Source: a virus
IMG/VR virus record: IMGVR_UViG_3300047297_000301
Span: 1-64,000 of that record
Direction: 5' to 3' (one strand)
Length of the DNA stretch: 64,000 nucleotides
Positions 46,199 through 54,844 of this stretch are shown in pieces. Numbering within the stretch: the first letter of the stretch is position 1; each line of letters begins with the position of its first letter. The position numbers were made by a program, and so were the translations under genes. The notes under the pieces were generated by a model. It ran no database searches, was not told the DNA's origin, and saw only the letters and a program-made list of their open reading frames with translations.

Positions 46199-47116
46199 TT
46201 AACGGATGCTAGTATTTGTGTTAGTTGGGTTAGCAGTCAATGTGCCGCTTCCAACATTAATTGCACCATTTGTGATGTTTTGGCCTAATCCATAGATTAA
46301 GTTTGCCAAGTGTGCATACTGAGCTTGTTGTTGTGATTGTTGTTGCATTTGATTGATGTTATTGGTATTTGTAAGAGTAATACCGCTAGTAGCACTATCT
46401 AAAGCTGCACGATTTTTTAGTGCAATAATTTCTGCATTTGCATCGCCAAGTTGACGATTTAATGTAGCTTCGTATTGTGCAACAATTAAAGCACGAGTCT
46501 TTTCACCATCAGCTGCAATGTCTTTGCTTAACTCATAGCGATTTTCCATGATGTTTTGGTTAATTGCAGCTTGCCCTTGCATTAAGGAAACTGCATTTTG
46601 GTTAACCACATCTTTTAAACCACTAATGTTATTTGTAAGCGAACTAGCTACACTTGCTAATTGGGTTGTAATGCCCAATGATTGTGTAGCTTGTGATGCT
46701 TCAAATGCTGCTGTTGAAACAGCAACTGACTTATCAACAGCACCAATTGCTGCCATTAAACTCATATTAGCTTGAGTTTGTTCTGGAGGACTACGAAGAA
46801 CTGCACCTGCTGCTGCACCGCCACCATCTCCGCCTAAAAGGTTACCGTTGTTGCGAAGCAAACTTCCCAAGATCAATCCACCGATTAAACCGCCACCGCC
46901 ACCGCCGCCAAATAACCCATCACCACCGCTACCGCCGCCCATAATCATACCTGGAGTCATAATTTCTGCCATGTTTTTATCCTTTAGTTTTGTAATCTCA
47001 CCCATAACTTTTGAATAGTAGTTATTAGCTTGATCAATTTTAGTTTGAAGCGCACTCATATCATATCCAACGTTATTTGTTGAATTTAATTCTGGTACGC
47101 CAGTTTCATCCGCCAT
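46199..47116 (-). CDS. Gly-rich hydrophobic segment + long coiled-coil protein; in-frame starts at 47116 (305 aa) and 46972 (257 aa)
   Basis: AAAGGA SD before both ATGs; GLFGGGGGGGLIGGLILGSLL; Ala/Gln/Asn-rich heptads. Confidence 0.8.
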   Translation of the reverse strand: MADETGVPELNSTNNVGYDMSALQTKIDQANNYYSKVMGEITKLKDKNMAEIMTPGMIMGGGSGGDGLFGGGGGGGLIGGLILGSLLRNNGNLLGGDGGGAAAGAVLRSPPEQTQANMSLMAAIGAVDKSVAVSTAAFEASQATQSLGITTQLASVASSLTNNISGLKDVVNQNAVSLMQGQAAINQNIMENRYELSKDIAADGEKTRALIVAQYEATLNRQLGDANAEIIALKNRAALDSATSGITLTNTNNINQMQQQSQQQAQYAHLANLIYGLGQNITNGAINVGSGTLTANPTNTNTSIR

Positions 47117-47187
47117 AGAAATTCCTTTTAGAGCAGAAATGATACTGCGTATCACGCGCAGTTACCAAAACCTTGGCAACTGCAGTA

Positions 47188-47271
47188 ATTATAACATGAT
47201 TGATATATGAGAGCAACCTTAATTTTCTGGCTACAGGAGTAGAAATGCAAGTTACTAAGAAATTATGTTCC
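47188..47271 (-). promoter_or_regulatory. 84-bp promoter cassette, copy 1 (TTGCTC-N17-TATAAT + conserved upstream region)
   Basis: 73/84 identical to 47588-47671, no indels. Confidence 0.8.
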
Positions 47272-47299
47272 GCTAACAACAATCCACTAAACCAAAAAA

Positions 47300-47554
47300 T
47301 CAATATAGCTCTTTTTTACTACGTTGTTTTGATTGCATATACTCTGATACACTAACCAGCATTGACTTAGTTACAGCAATTTTTTCTTGTACCCATTCAG
47401 GCACATTGTCTTTGTCGTTGATTACCTCATCTATATTTTCTATAGCACGTCTCATGGTTCTTAGATTACTTTCAACCATAGTAGCTTCATCATTGTATTC
47501 TTTACTATTACTATAAGGCGTTTCATTGTACTTATATACCCAGTATGTTCTCAT
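47300..47554 (-). CDS. Small helical hypothetical protein
   Basis: AAAGGA SD; NVPEWVQEKI motif; flanked by the two promoter cassettes. Confidence 0.75.
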   Translation of the reverse strand: MRTYWVYKYNETPYSNSKEYNDEATMVESNLRTMRRAIENIDEVINDKDNVPEWVQEKIAVTKSMLVSVSEYMQSKQRSKKELY

Positions 47555-47587
47555 AATTTATTCCTTTAAAGTTTATTAACCGTAAGT

Positions 47588-47671
47588 ATTATAACATGAT
47601 TGATATGTCACAACAACCTTAATTTTCTGGTTACAGGAGTCAAAATGCACGTTACTATAAAATTCTGTTCC
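47588..47671 (-). promoter_or_regulatory. 84-bp promoter cassette, copy 2 (TTGTTG-N17-TATAAT + conserved upstream region)
   Basis: Direct repeat of 47188-47271 at an offset of exactly 400 bp. Confidence 0.8.
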
Positions 47672-47676
47672 AAAAG

Positions 47677-47713
47677 AAAAAGCCCCTATAGAGCAATCTA
47701 TAGGGGCTTTTTT
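47677..47713. terminator. Bidirectional-type terminator, copy 2 (right boundary of island)
   Basis: 37/37 identical to 44203-44239, same orientation. Confidence 0.92.
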
Positions 47714-47714
47714 G

Positions 47715-48443
47715 TTAGCTAAATAGTTTCTTTTTCAGAAGTCTATATCGGCCGTGAAATTTACTAGAATAAGCAAATTTATTGGCCATATCCTTAAACT
47801 CTTTTGGGTCAATTAAATGAGTTTTTAATATAACTTTTCGCTCAGTTAAGGGTAAGATATTAAGCAAAGGTTCTCCTGCATATAAGTTAATGTCTGCATT
47901 AACTTTTTTAGGTAGCCACATATTACAATTTGCACCACATTGGTATTTATAATTTAAAACACCACCAGGGATTCTAAACTTAAACATATCACTAGGCTTG
48001 TTCCAGTCGGAATAAAATAATTGAAAATTTATTCCTGATTTTTCTTGTAATTGCCAAGGTACTGTAATTTTCATATGTATTAAATCATTAAACTCTTCGT
48101 GTTCAAACTGAGCAGAAGGATGATGACCAATCTTTGTGTCTTCAGCGGAACTTTTCCACGCAAAATTGCCGTGCTCATCATACTTTAGTATTAAATCAGT
48201 CCACAGCGGTATAGTAAACATATTTTTATACATGTCTAATAAACCTTCGCATACTTTAGCAGTAGCCATTGGTGTAATGATTGGGCTATTTTCAGTAGCT
48301 ACTTCGCAGTGAGATTTTAAAGATTTCCACCAGTTAGGGTATATTTCGGTAGCCTTTACAACAGGGTTATGATGATATACTCCTGCATGATCAGTAAATG
48401 CATCTAAAGTAATAGGACGCAATCGTGAAATAATATCAAACAT
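47715..48443 (-). CDS. Hypothetical protein (P.WWK.L...T.K.C.G family)
   Basis: Long ORF; probable start MFDIISR overlapping the upstream gene. Confidence 0.75.
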   Translation of the reverse strand: MFDIISRLRPITLDAFTDHAGVYHHNPVVKATEIYPNWWKSLKSHCEVATENSPIITPMATAKVCEGLLDMYKNMFTIPLWTDLILKYDEHGNFAWKSSAEDTKIGHHPSAQFEHEEFNDLIHMKITVPWQLQEKSGINFQLFYSDWNKPSDMFKFRIPGGVLNYKYQCGANCNMWLPKKVNADINLYAGEPLLNILPLTERKVILKTHLIDPKEFKDMANKFAYSSKFHGRYRLLKKKLFS

Positions 48444-48621
48444 TTTTAGTTTCTTCAACAGCGGGTTCTTTTATAGAAAGTTGCTCTTGGGCTTGTCTTA
48501 CTAACTTATTAGTTAGTGGGTTAGAAACTTTAGCAGGTAATTCTTGTAGTCCTGCTAAAATTGTATTTGCTTCTTCCACCGTAAGTTTTAGTGTTATAAG
48601 TGTATCTTTTTCTTGTTCCAT
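48436..48621 (-). CDS. Small hypothetical protein
   Basis: LTVEEANTILAGLQELP...QAQEQL; AGGT SD. Confidence 0.7.
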   Translation of the reverse strand: MEQEKDTLITLKLTVEEANTILAGLQELPAKVSNPLTNKLVRQAQEQLSIKEPAVEETKNV

Positions 48622-48624
48622 ATA

Positions 48625-50589
48625 TTACCTAATTGGGCAGGCTCCTGTAGCACAATCTTCGCCCATAATTTCATCAAAACTATTGGCATTTTCTAGCGAT
48701 ACTGGAGTAAGTTGTTGCACATAATTTCGGAATGTGTGCTCATCCACAACTTCTTGTGGTAAGTACAAATATCCTAAATCTTTTGCTGTTTTAGTTGGAT
48801 CGGTGCGGTAGATGAATGAAACACCTACATAACAATCCCAGTTGTCTAACAACCAATCAATGATTGCTGGAACTTCTGTAGGATCATAACTAATTGTTAC
48901 TGAAGTATTTTGCTGCGTCCAACTGGTCTGAATTAATTTATATTTTTCGAGTTGTTCGATTGCTGTGTCAAGGTTAACTTCTTTTCCATTAGTTTTGTGG
49001 AAAGGTACATCAATCCACTCAACAGGGAATGTAATAAGTACACCACTATCATCAGTGGGGTGATTAACAACGTTATAATTAGCATCGCGCAGTACTTCAA
49101 CAATAGGGTCAAATTTACTAAATTGAACATTATTAAATATATACTTTCCTAGAGGCTTATGAATTCCTTCTGTGGTATCCATAATTTTGGATAGCGTTCC
49201 TGAAGGTTTAACACAAGTAATATTTTTAGGACTAGGTAAATCAAGTTCTTGAGCCATACCAATAGCAGCACCAGTTGCAGTACGCTTTAGATACTCATAG
49301 TCATAACCATTCATATCAGGGCGTTTAGCAATACCTGTTAAACCAACTCCGCATAATCGCATAAAATAGTTGTTTAAATGCCAGGACTCTTGTAAAATAC
49401 CGTCTTGTAAGTTTACACAAGTTTGGCGATAGTTAGCGCGAGCTGCAAGCCTAATGGCGTTGTGAAGTCCGGCGGTATCGCCTTTAAATTTAGCAATGTC
49501 TGTTTCGGTAAGATTACAAAATGATTTATTACCGAGTAAGATTTCCACGCAAGGGTTTGCACCTTTGAACCATGGAGCGCGACGGAGAGCTTCAACTTCA
49601 TTGATAAATCCTGGTTCTGATCCACCAGCTTCTAGCATTAGATCAAAAATCTTTTGCAAGTCAGCTTTTAAGGGTTTTTCTTTAAATACTAGTGAATTGT
49701 TTGATTGTTGACGATGTGAATTGTTATACAACCACCAATCTTTCTTTGCTACGGCAAATTCTTCCCATTCGGGTTGCCCATAATCAAACAAAGCAATTTC
49801 TGCACTACGGCGGCTGCTAAGAATAGTGCCAAGATGATTAATAATGTCGAGAATATCCATCCTAGTAAGTAAACTATCAGCACGGCCATTGAGGATGTTT
49901 GCAATAGCCACATATGCAGTTGATATAGCGCTATCGCCACTTGAGATCCATCCATAGCCTTTTAACCTTTCCCCAGCAGGGCGTAACTGACTAAAGTCGA
50001 GTACGAGAGTATCAGCAGCGTACTTACCAGCAATAAGCTTACCGATAGATTTTGCCCAGGCTTCCGCAGAATCCCCAACTTGAATAGTCCAAGTCTTAGT
50101 TTCTTGATCAAATGTTTCAACATTATGCTCCAATCCACCTTTAGCTGTACGGGTCGATCTTACTACTCGAATATTTTTAATTGGCTTTGAAAAGCCATTT
50201 AGTGTACCAACAATTGGTTTAAATCCTACTCCGCATCCTTGTAGTAAAAGCCATAAGCAGTCTACTACATCATATACAGTTTCTACGTGTGTAAATGAGC
50301 AGTTAAATTGTGAAGCCTCGCGAGTTTTAGCTACATCTGTACCGCCTAACCATAATGTACGACCACTCATGGCAACTTTACGATCCAGCATTAGCTGTTC
50401 AAGATCATACAGTTCTCCGTATTCTACATCTGTTAGATCACGTTTAGCTGCACGTTGCCACAGCCATTCTTGGTGATCAATAACTCGGGCTACTGTTTCT
50501 TGCCACGTTTCAAATTGTTTTCCGTCGTCTGAAGTGGGCCTATTATATGTACGACGTGTTATTACTTGTGCTCTAGTGCTTACTGCCAT
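48625..50589 (-). CDS. nrdJ: Class II (B12-dependent) ribonucleotide reductase
   Basis: AAGGA SD at MAVSTRA; SQFNC, GCGVGF, SRRSAEI, NPCVEI, FCNLTE, TCVKPSGT, C-terminal CATGACPIR. Confidence 0.93.
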   Translation of the reverse strand: MAVSTRAQVITRRTYNRPTSDDGKQFETWQETVARVIDHQEWLWQRAAKRDLTDVEYGELYDLEQLMLDRKVAMSGRTLWLGGTDVAKTREASQFNCSFTHVETVYDVVDCLWLLLQGCGVGFKPIVGTLNGFSKPIKNIRVVRSTRTAKGGLEHNVETFDQETKTWTIQVGDSAEAWAKSIGKLIAGKYAADTLVLDFSQLRPAGERLKGYGWISSGDSAISTAYVAIANILNGRADSLLTRMDILDIINHLGTILSSRRSAEIALFDYGQPEWEEFAVAKKDWWLYNNSHRQQSNNSLVFKEKPLKADLQKIFDLMLEAGGSEPGFINEVEALRRAPWFKGANPCVEILLGNKSFCNLTETDIAKFKGDTAGLHNAIRLAARANYRQTCVNLQDGILQESWHLNNYFMRLCGVGLTGIAKRPDMNGYDYEYLKRTATGAAIGMAQELDLPSPKNITCVKPSGTLSKIMDTTEGIHKPLGKYIFNNVQFSKFDPIVEVLRDANYNVVNHPTDDSGVLITFPVEWIDVPFHKTNGKEVNLDTAIEQLEKYKLIQTSWTQQNTSVTISYDPTEVPAIIDWLLDNWDCYVGVSFIYRTDPTKTAKDLGYLYLPQEVVDEHTFRNYVQQLTPVSLENANSFDEIMGEDCATGACPIR

Positions 50590-50597
50590 GATTTCCT

Positions 50598-51074
50598 TTA
50601 TGTTCCTGTTGAACCGAAGCCTCCTGTGCCTCGGGTAGAGTCGTTCCAAATATCTTTAAAGCCTACTAGTTCAACCTTCTGAATAACCAACTGAGCAATT
50701 CTATCACCAGCCGTAATTTTATAAGGGTCATCACCGATATTTTTTAACAAAACTTTAATTGTGTCACGATAACCACTATCTATCACGCCTACGCTGTGAG
50801 GGATAGTAATTCCCTTTTTTCCTTGAGAGCTTCTATTATACACAAAGCCTGCAAAGCCTTGTGAAATTTTAATTGCTATACCCGTATCAACAAGTTTTTG
50901 CTCATTTGGATAAATTTCCAAACTTTCGTACGCAAATAAATCTGCTCCAGCATCGCTATGATGTGCACGTTCAGGAAGTTTAGCTCCTGGCTTTAACATA
51001 CATTCTAATACTGAACCGTATGTCATAGTATTTGCATTATAAGCGCCTGCTGTAATAAGTGTTGTTCCGTTCAT
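50598..51074 (-). CDS. dut: dUTPase (trimeric)
   Basis: DAGADL, RSSQG, GVIDSGYR, DRIAQL, RGTGGFGSTG. Confidence 0.95.
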   Translation of the reverse strand: MNGTTLITAGAYNANTMTYGSVLECMLKPGAKLPERAHHSDAGADLFAYESLEIYPNEQKLVDTGIAIKISQGFAGFVYNRSSQGKKGITIPHSVGVIDSGYRDTIKVLLKNIGDDPYKITAGDRIAQLVIQKVELVGFKDIWNDSTRGTGGFGSTGT

Positions 51075-51916
51075 TTTAAATATAACTCTAAGGTTTCATC
51101 AATTTGTTTACAATTTTCAGTACCAATTGCTTCTTCGCAAAAGGTAACTAAATCCATTAATTTATAGTTTAAAGCCAATGTATCTTTACATTCGTTTAGG
51201 GCTTGGATGTATTTATATTTACCGCTAAGAGGGATGCTTGCAATAATGTCATAGGTACTGCCATATTCATTAACCAAGCCAACTGCTCTTTTAGGTCCAA
51301 TGCCTGGCACACCAAAAACATTATCGCCAGTATCGCCAGTAAGACACTTAATACTAATGTAATCTTCGGGATTAAAGTCATAATGGTCATTCCAGTTATC
51401 GACTGTAACTTCTTTGCGTGTAACATATGAGAATCTTGATACGTTAGGTTGAACTAATAAGTCCCAATCTTTATCTGAGCTAACAAGCCAAATATCATCA
51501 ACTGGGAGTTTTGATTTTTTTGATACAATATATGCTGCAATATCGTCGGCTTCAACGCCTTGAAAACGTAAAATTGGAAATTCGGTATTTTCAGCAATAT
51601 GTTCTAGTGTTTTTGTAAAATCTTCAAAGAACAATTCAAATGCTGCTTTTTCAGCGTCAGTTTGTTCAGCGAATTTATCTTTACGATTTTGTTTATACTC
51701 AGGATAAATAGCTTTACGATAAGAACTAGAGCCCATATCGCCAGCAATAATTACATGAGATGCTTTATATGATTTTTTAAGACTTTGAACTGTGCGTAAG
51801 TAATCTTCGGCAAAATCTGTAGCACCGCTATGTTTATAGCGAAATGCAAGATTAAGTGAGTCAACAACTAACAGAGTATTGTTTGTTTCGGTAATTTTTG
51901 AGAATGTTTTTGACAT
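51071..51916 (-). CDS. D15: 5'-3' exonuclease / flap endonuclease (T5 D15)
   Basis: VDSLNLAFRY, YPEYKQNR, GVEADD, SDKDW, GDTGDNVFGVPGIGPK. Confidence 0.93.
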   Translation of the reverse strand: MSKTFSKITETNNTLLVVDSLNLAFRYKHSGATDFAEDYLRTVQSLKKSYKASHVIIAGDMGSSSYRKAIYPEYKQNRKDKFAEQTDAEKAAFELFFEDFTKTLEHIAENTEFPILRFQGVEADDIAAYIVSKKSKLPVDDIWLVSSDKDWDLLVQPNVSRFSYVTRKEVTVDNWNDHYDFNPEDYISIKCLTGDTGDNVFGVPGIGPKRAVGLVNEYGSTYDIIASIPLSGKYKYIQALNECKDTLALNYKLMDLVTFCEEAIGTENCKQIDETLELYLK

Positions 51917-51938
51917 ATTATTTGTGTGTTAATCTGTT

Positions 51939-51967
51939 ATTATACCACTGTTAAGTTGTTTTGTCAA
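51939..51967 (-). promoter_or_regulatory. Consensus sigma70 promoter for D15-dut-nrdJ
   Basis: Minus strand TTGACA-N17-TATAAT, extended TG. Confidence 0.88.
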
Positions 51968-52422
51968 GTTACAAATACTGGCTGCTCCCACTTTAACCAA
52001 TCTTCTAGCAGTGCTGCATAGAATTCATGATCTTCGTGGTTATAGTAAAGGCAACGATAGTTTTGTGAATTAGGCATTTCATCAAAAGCAACAAATACTT
52101 TGCTGCGATCAAATTTAAAAATCAGTAAAGGTTTTTTGCCTACTTGCTTACCCTGACGAGTAGTCTGTTGCCAGAATTCTACTAGTTGCGGAGTCTTGGA
52201 TGTTAGTAAGTGTGAAGTAAGGTGGTCTTCCGCATAGCCTTTAACTTCTACACACCAAAGGTTGGTTCGCCCAGGAACGTATAAATCGCCCTTAAGCTGA
52301 TGTTTAGGGTCAAGAGCACCTGATCCAGGTACTCTTTCCCAAGCTAGACCAGTGTGCTTTTTGAGTAGATCACGAACTGTGGTCTCTGTTCTAGCACCTT
52401 TGGCTCTAGGATCCACTGCCAT
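51964..52422 (-). CDS. D14: T5 D14-like PD-(D/E)XK nuclease (resolvase-like)
   Basis: DPRAKGARTE, WERVPGSGA, LKGDLY, EVKGY; TAATG start. Confidence 0.88.
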   Translation of the reverse strand: MAVDPRAKGARTETTVRDLLKKHTGLAWERVPGSGALDPKHQLKGDLYVPGRTNLWCVEVKGYAEDHLTSHLLTSKTPQLVEFWQQTTRQGKQVGKKPLLIFKFDRSKVFVAFDEMPNSQNYRCLYYNHEDHEFYAALLEDWLKWEQPVFVT

Positions 52423-52748
52423 TAATTGGTAATCCAAGGTAGTGGAGTTGGTATTAACCCACCCTGAGCTATTTGTTTATCTAACATAAACTCTACGTGT
52501 GTTTTTGTTCCTTCTAAATTATCATAGTTAGCAGTAATCCAATTAATAACGTCTGTTTCAACTACACTGGAAAGTGCTTTAAACGTATCTGGTGCAGGAT
52601 TTGCTAAACTCACACTTTCTGGTATTTCATATACGTGATTTTCTTTTGTTCCACGAACTACAAAATCAACACGCTTTATTACTCCATCCAGTCCGTTAAT
52701 TGTACTTGTAGCAATAGCTGTTACTTTTATTTCATATTCTGTTGTCAT
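52422..52748 (-). CDS. Hypothetical protein
   Basis: 108 aa ending PLPW; inserted between D13 and D14. Confidence 0.7.
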   Translation of the reverse strand: MTTEYEIKVTAIATSTINGLDGVIKRVDFVVRGTKENHVYEIPESVSLANPAPDTFKALSSVVETDVINWITANYDNLEGTKTHVEFMLDKQIAQGGLIPTPLPWITN

Positions 52749-52749
52749 A

Positions 52750-53046
52750 TTATGCCTCTGGCGGAGTAGGCTCTTTTACAGCTTCTGGTGTTGGAGCTGG
52801 TGTTGGAGCTGGAGCTGGTGCAGGAATAGGTGCAGGAATAGGTGCAGGAATAGGTGCAGCTTCTGAATAACTCTCACCTTCTACGCCTTTAACTTCAAAT
52901 GTAGAACTAGGGTCTACACGAAAAATTGCTTTACCCGCACCTACTACAAATACGCCCTTACTATAATCATCAGCAGAATCACCTACAGACAATACTTTTC
53001 CAGCATACATAATACGTACACTACCTTCAATTTCTTCTAAAATCAT
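52750..53046 (-). CDS. Hypothetical protein with Pro/Ala-rich tail
   Basis: GAGG SD; (PAPI)/(PAPT) repeats encoded by 12-bp and 6-bp units. Confidence 0.7.
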   Translation of the reverse strand: MILEEIEGSVRIMYAGKVLSVGDSADDYSKGVFVVGAGKAIFRVDPSSTFEVKGVEGESYSEAAPIPAPIPAPIPAPAPAPTPAPTPEAVKEPTPPEA

Positions 53047-53047
53047 A

Positions 53048-54844
53048 TTATACCTCTATTTGGGATATGTTGTTACGTTTAATAACATTAATCTTTTCTA
53101 GTAATGGGTGGCTAAAGCCATGGCTTACTAGAAAAGTATTTAAATGTTCTTCTTGCAGTAACACTTCTACTAATTTTTCTTTACCATCAGTATCAAGTGT
53201 TTCTACAGTTTCATCCAGTATTAATAGATTGATTCTAGAACTGGACAATGTTTGCATTAGTTTTCTAATAGCTAATAATGTAGCTACATTAACTCTTGCT
53301 TTCTCGCCACCACTAAGAGCCAGTATTTCAATATCTCTGCCATTATCAGTAATAACAACATTTAATTTGTCGCTAGCACTTATTTTAAAACCGATTTGAA
53401 ATCTGCCATCACTTAGATCAACCAAATATTTATTTGTAATCTCTTCTAAGTCTTTTACTAAACTCTCAATTTTATATGCTACTAAACCTGTTGTACTAAA
53501 CGTTTTTGTTAAAACATTTAAAATACTCATTCTTTCGCTTAATTCATGTAATTTACCACTATAAGTTTCCAATTCTTGGTTCATTTCAACCAATTGTTTA
53601 GATACTAAATCTACTTTAGTGTTGTGTGCAGTTACTTCTTTGTTGTGTTGCTCTGCTTCAACAATTTTACGTTTAGTGGCTGCAATTGAGTTTTGCAACT
53701 CTGTAAATTGTTGCTGTAATGTTTGTTTATCTAGTAAAGTTTCAGGTAATTCCGTATCAATTAAAGCATGATACTTTTCCCAGTCTTCTTGCGCTTTTTG
53801 AGCTTCTTGCCAAGCAGTTCTTTGCTGTTTAATTTGAACTATTTGTTGAGTATAACCCATAGTTTCTATAGCAGCTATTTCAGCTTCTTCAGTTTTTTGA
53901 TTAATTAATTCAGATACTTTTTCTTCGTCAATATCACTTAAACAAGTAGGGCAAGTTCCATGTAACGCTTTCATTTTTAAAACAAAACTTTGAGCATCAC
54001 TTACTGTTTTAGATAGTTTTGCTACTTCTGCTTGATACCCTTCTACACCTTCTTCAGGTTTTTCAGGAATCGGCAATAGTTTAATTTTGGACTGTAGCTG
54101 CTTATAAGTATTATTTTGAAAAATCTTTTTATTAGTAGACTCAATAGTATTTATACTAGATTCAAGTGTAGACGCTGTAGTTATTAGATTTGTATCTAGC
54201 TCAGGAGTTGGGACAGCTTCTTTTAGTGTTAAATCAGTCTTTTCGTACTTGTTTAACCAACTAGAAACAGTATTTACTTGAGACTGTACTGCTGCAATGT
54301 CTTTGGTAAGCAGAGTACTTACTTCTTTGAATACTTCAGCAGCTTTGGTATATTTACCTAAATTAAGAATCTCAATAAGAAACTTTTTACGAGCAGTATC
54401 AGGAGCTGTTAAAAACTCTAGGCTTGAAGCATTTGATTGGTAAACAATTTGAGCAAAACTTTTGTGATCAAAGCCTAATATATCTTCAATCATTTTATAA
54501 GTTGCGGTAGCAGTATGAGCACTTATGTCTACACCCGACTTAAATAATTTAACAGTTTGAGCAGTACCACGACTAGATTTAATTGTATAATCTACATCAT
54601 CACGATTAAAGTCTAGTTCAATCGTATAAGTTTTATCTTTGATATGGCGATTAAGAATATCTGCTTTCTTAATACCTTTTGAGTTCTTATTAAATAATAC
54701 TTCTTCTAAGATAAGGGCAATAGAACTTTTACCATGCCCATTACGGCCTACTAATTGTGTAAGCGGAGCTGCTATAAAATCAATGCTGTTATCTTTTCCG
54801 TAACTAAAGGCGTTAGCCCATCGTAGTTGTTTTATAGTTATCAT
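53048..54844 (-). CDS. D13: SbcC/Rad50-like recombination ATPase (T5 D13)
   Basis: GRNGHGKSS Walker A, CPTC zinc hook, LSGGE signature, LILDE Walker B. Confidence 0.93.
   Translation of the reverse strand: MITIKQLRWANAFSYGKDNSIDFIAAPLTQLVGRNGHGKSSIALILEEVLFNKNSKGIKKADILNRHIKDKTYTIELDFNRDDVDYTIKSSRGTAQTVKLFKSGVDISAHTATATYKMIEDILGFDHKSFAQIVYQSNASSLEFLTAPDTARKKFLIEILNLGKYTKAAEVFKEVSTLLTKDIAAVQSQVNTVSSWLNKYEKTDLTLKEAVPTPELDTNLITTASTLESSINTIESTNKKIFQNNTYKQLQSKIKLLPIPEKPEEGVEGYQAEVAKLSKTVSDAQSFVLKMKALHGTCPTCLSDIDEEKVSELINQKTEEAEIAAIETMGYTQQIVQIKQQRTAWQEAQKAQEDWEKYHALIDTELPETLLDKQTLQQQFTELQNSIAATKRKIVEAEQHNKEVTAHNTKVDLVSKQLVEMNQELETYSGKLHELSERMSILNVLTKTFSTTGLVAYKIESLVKDLEEITNKYLVDLSDGRFQIGFKISASDKLNVVITDNGRDIEILALSGGEKARVNVATLLAIRKLMQTLSSSRINLLILDETVETLDTDGKEKLVEVLLQEEHLNTFLVSHGFSHPLLEKINVIKRNNISQIEV

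Noticed and set aside
47106-47303. 65-aa - strand ORF
   Set aside because: Spans the promoter cassette; no SD; likely non-coding.
47188-47671. Repeats as CRISPR array or attC-like cassettes
   Set aside because: Only two 84-bp non-palindromic copies, each containing a promoter; no cas or integrase gene.
48933-49955. Short +1-frame ORFs inside nrdJ (and inside pol, 59116-60174)
   Set aside because: Short, without SD, and explained by codon usage.
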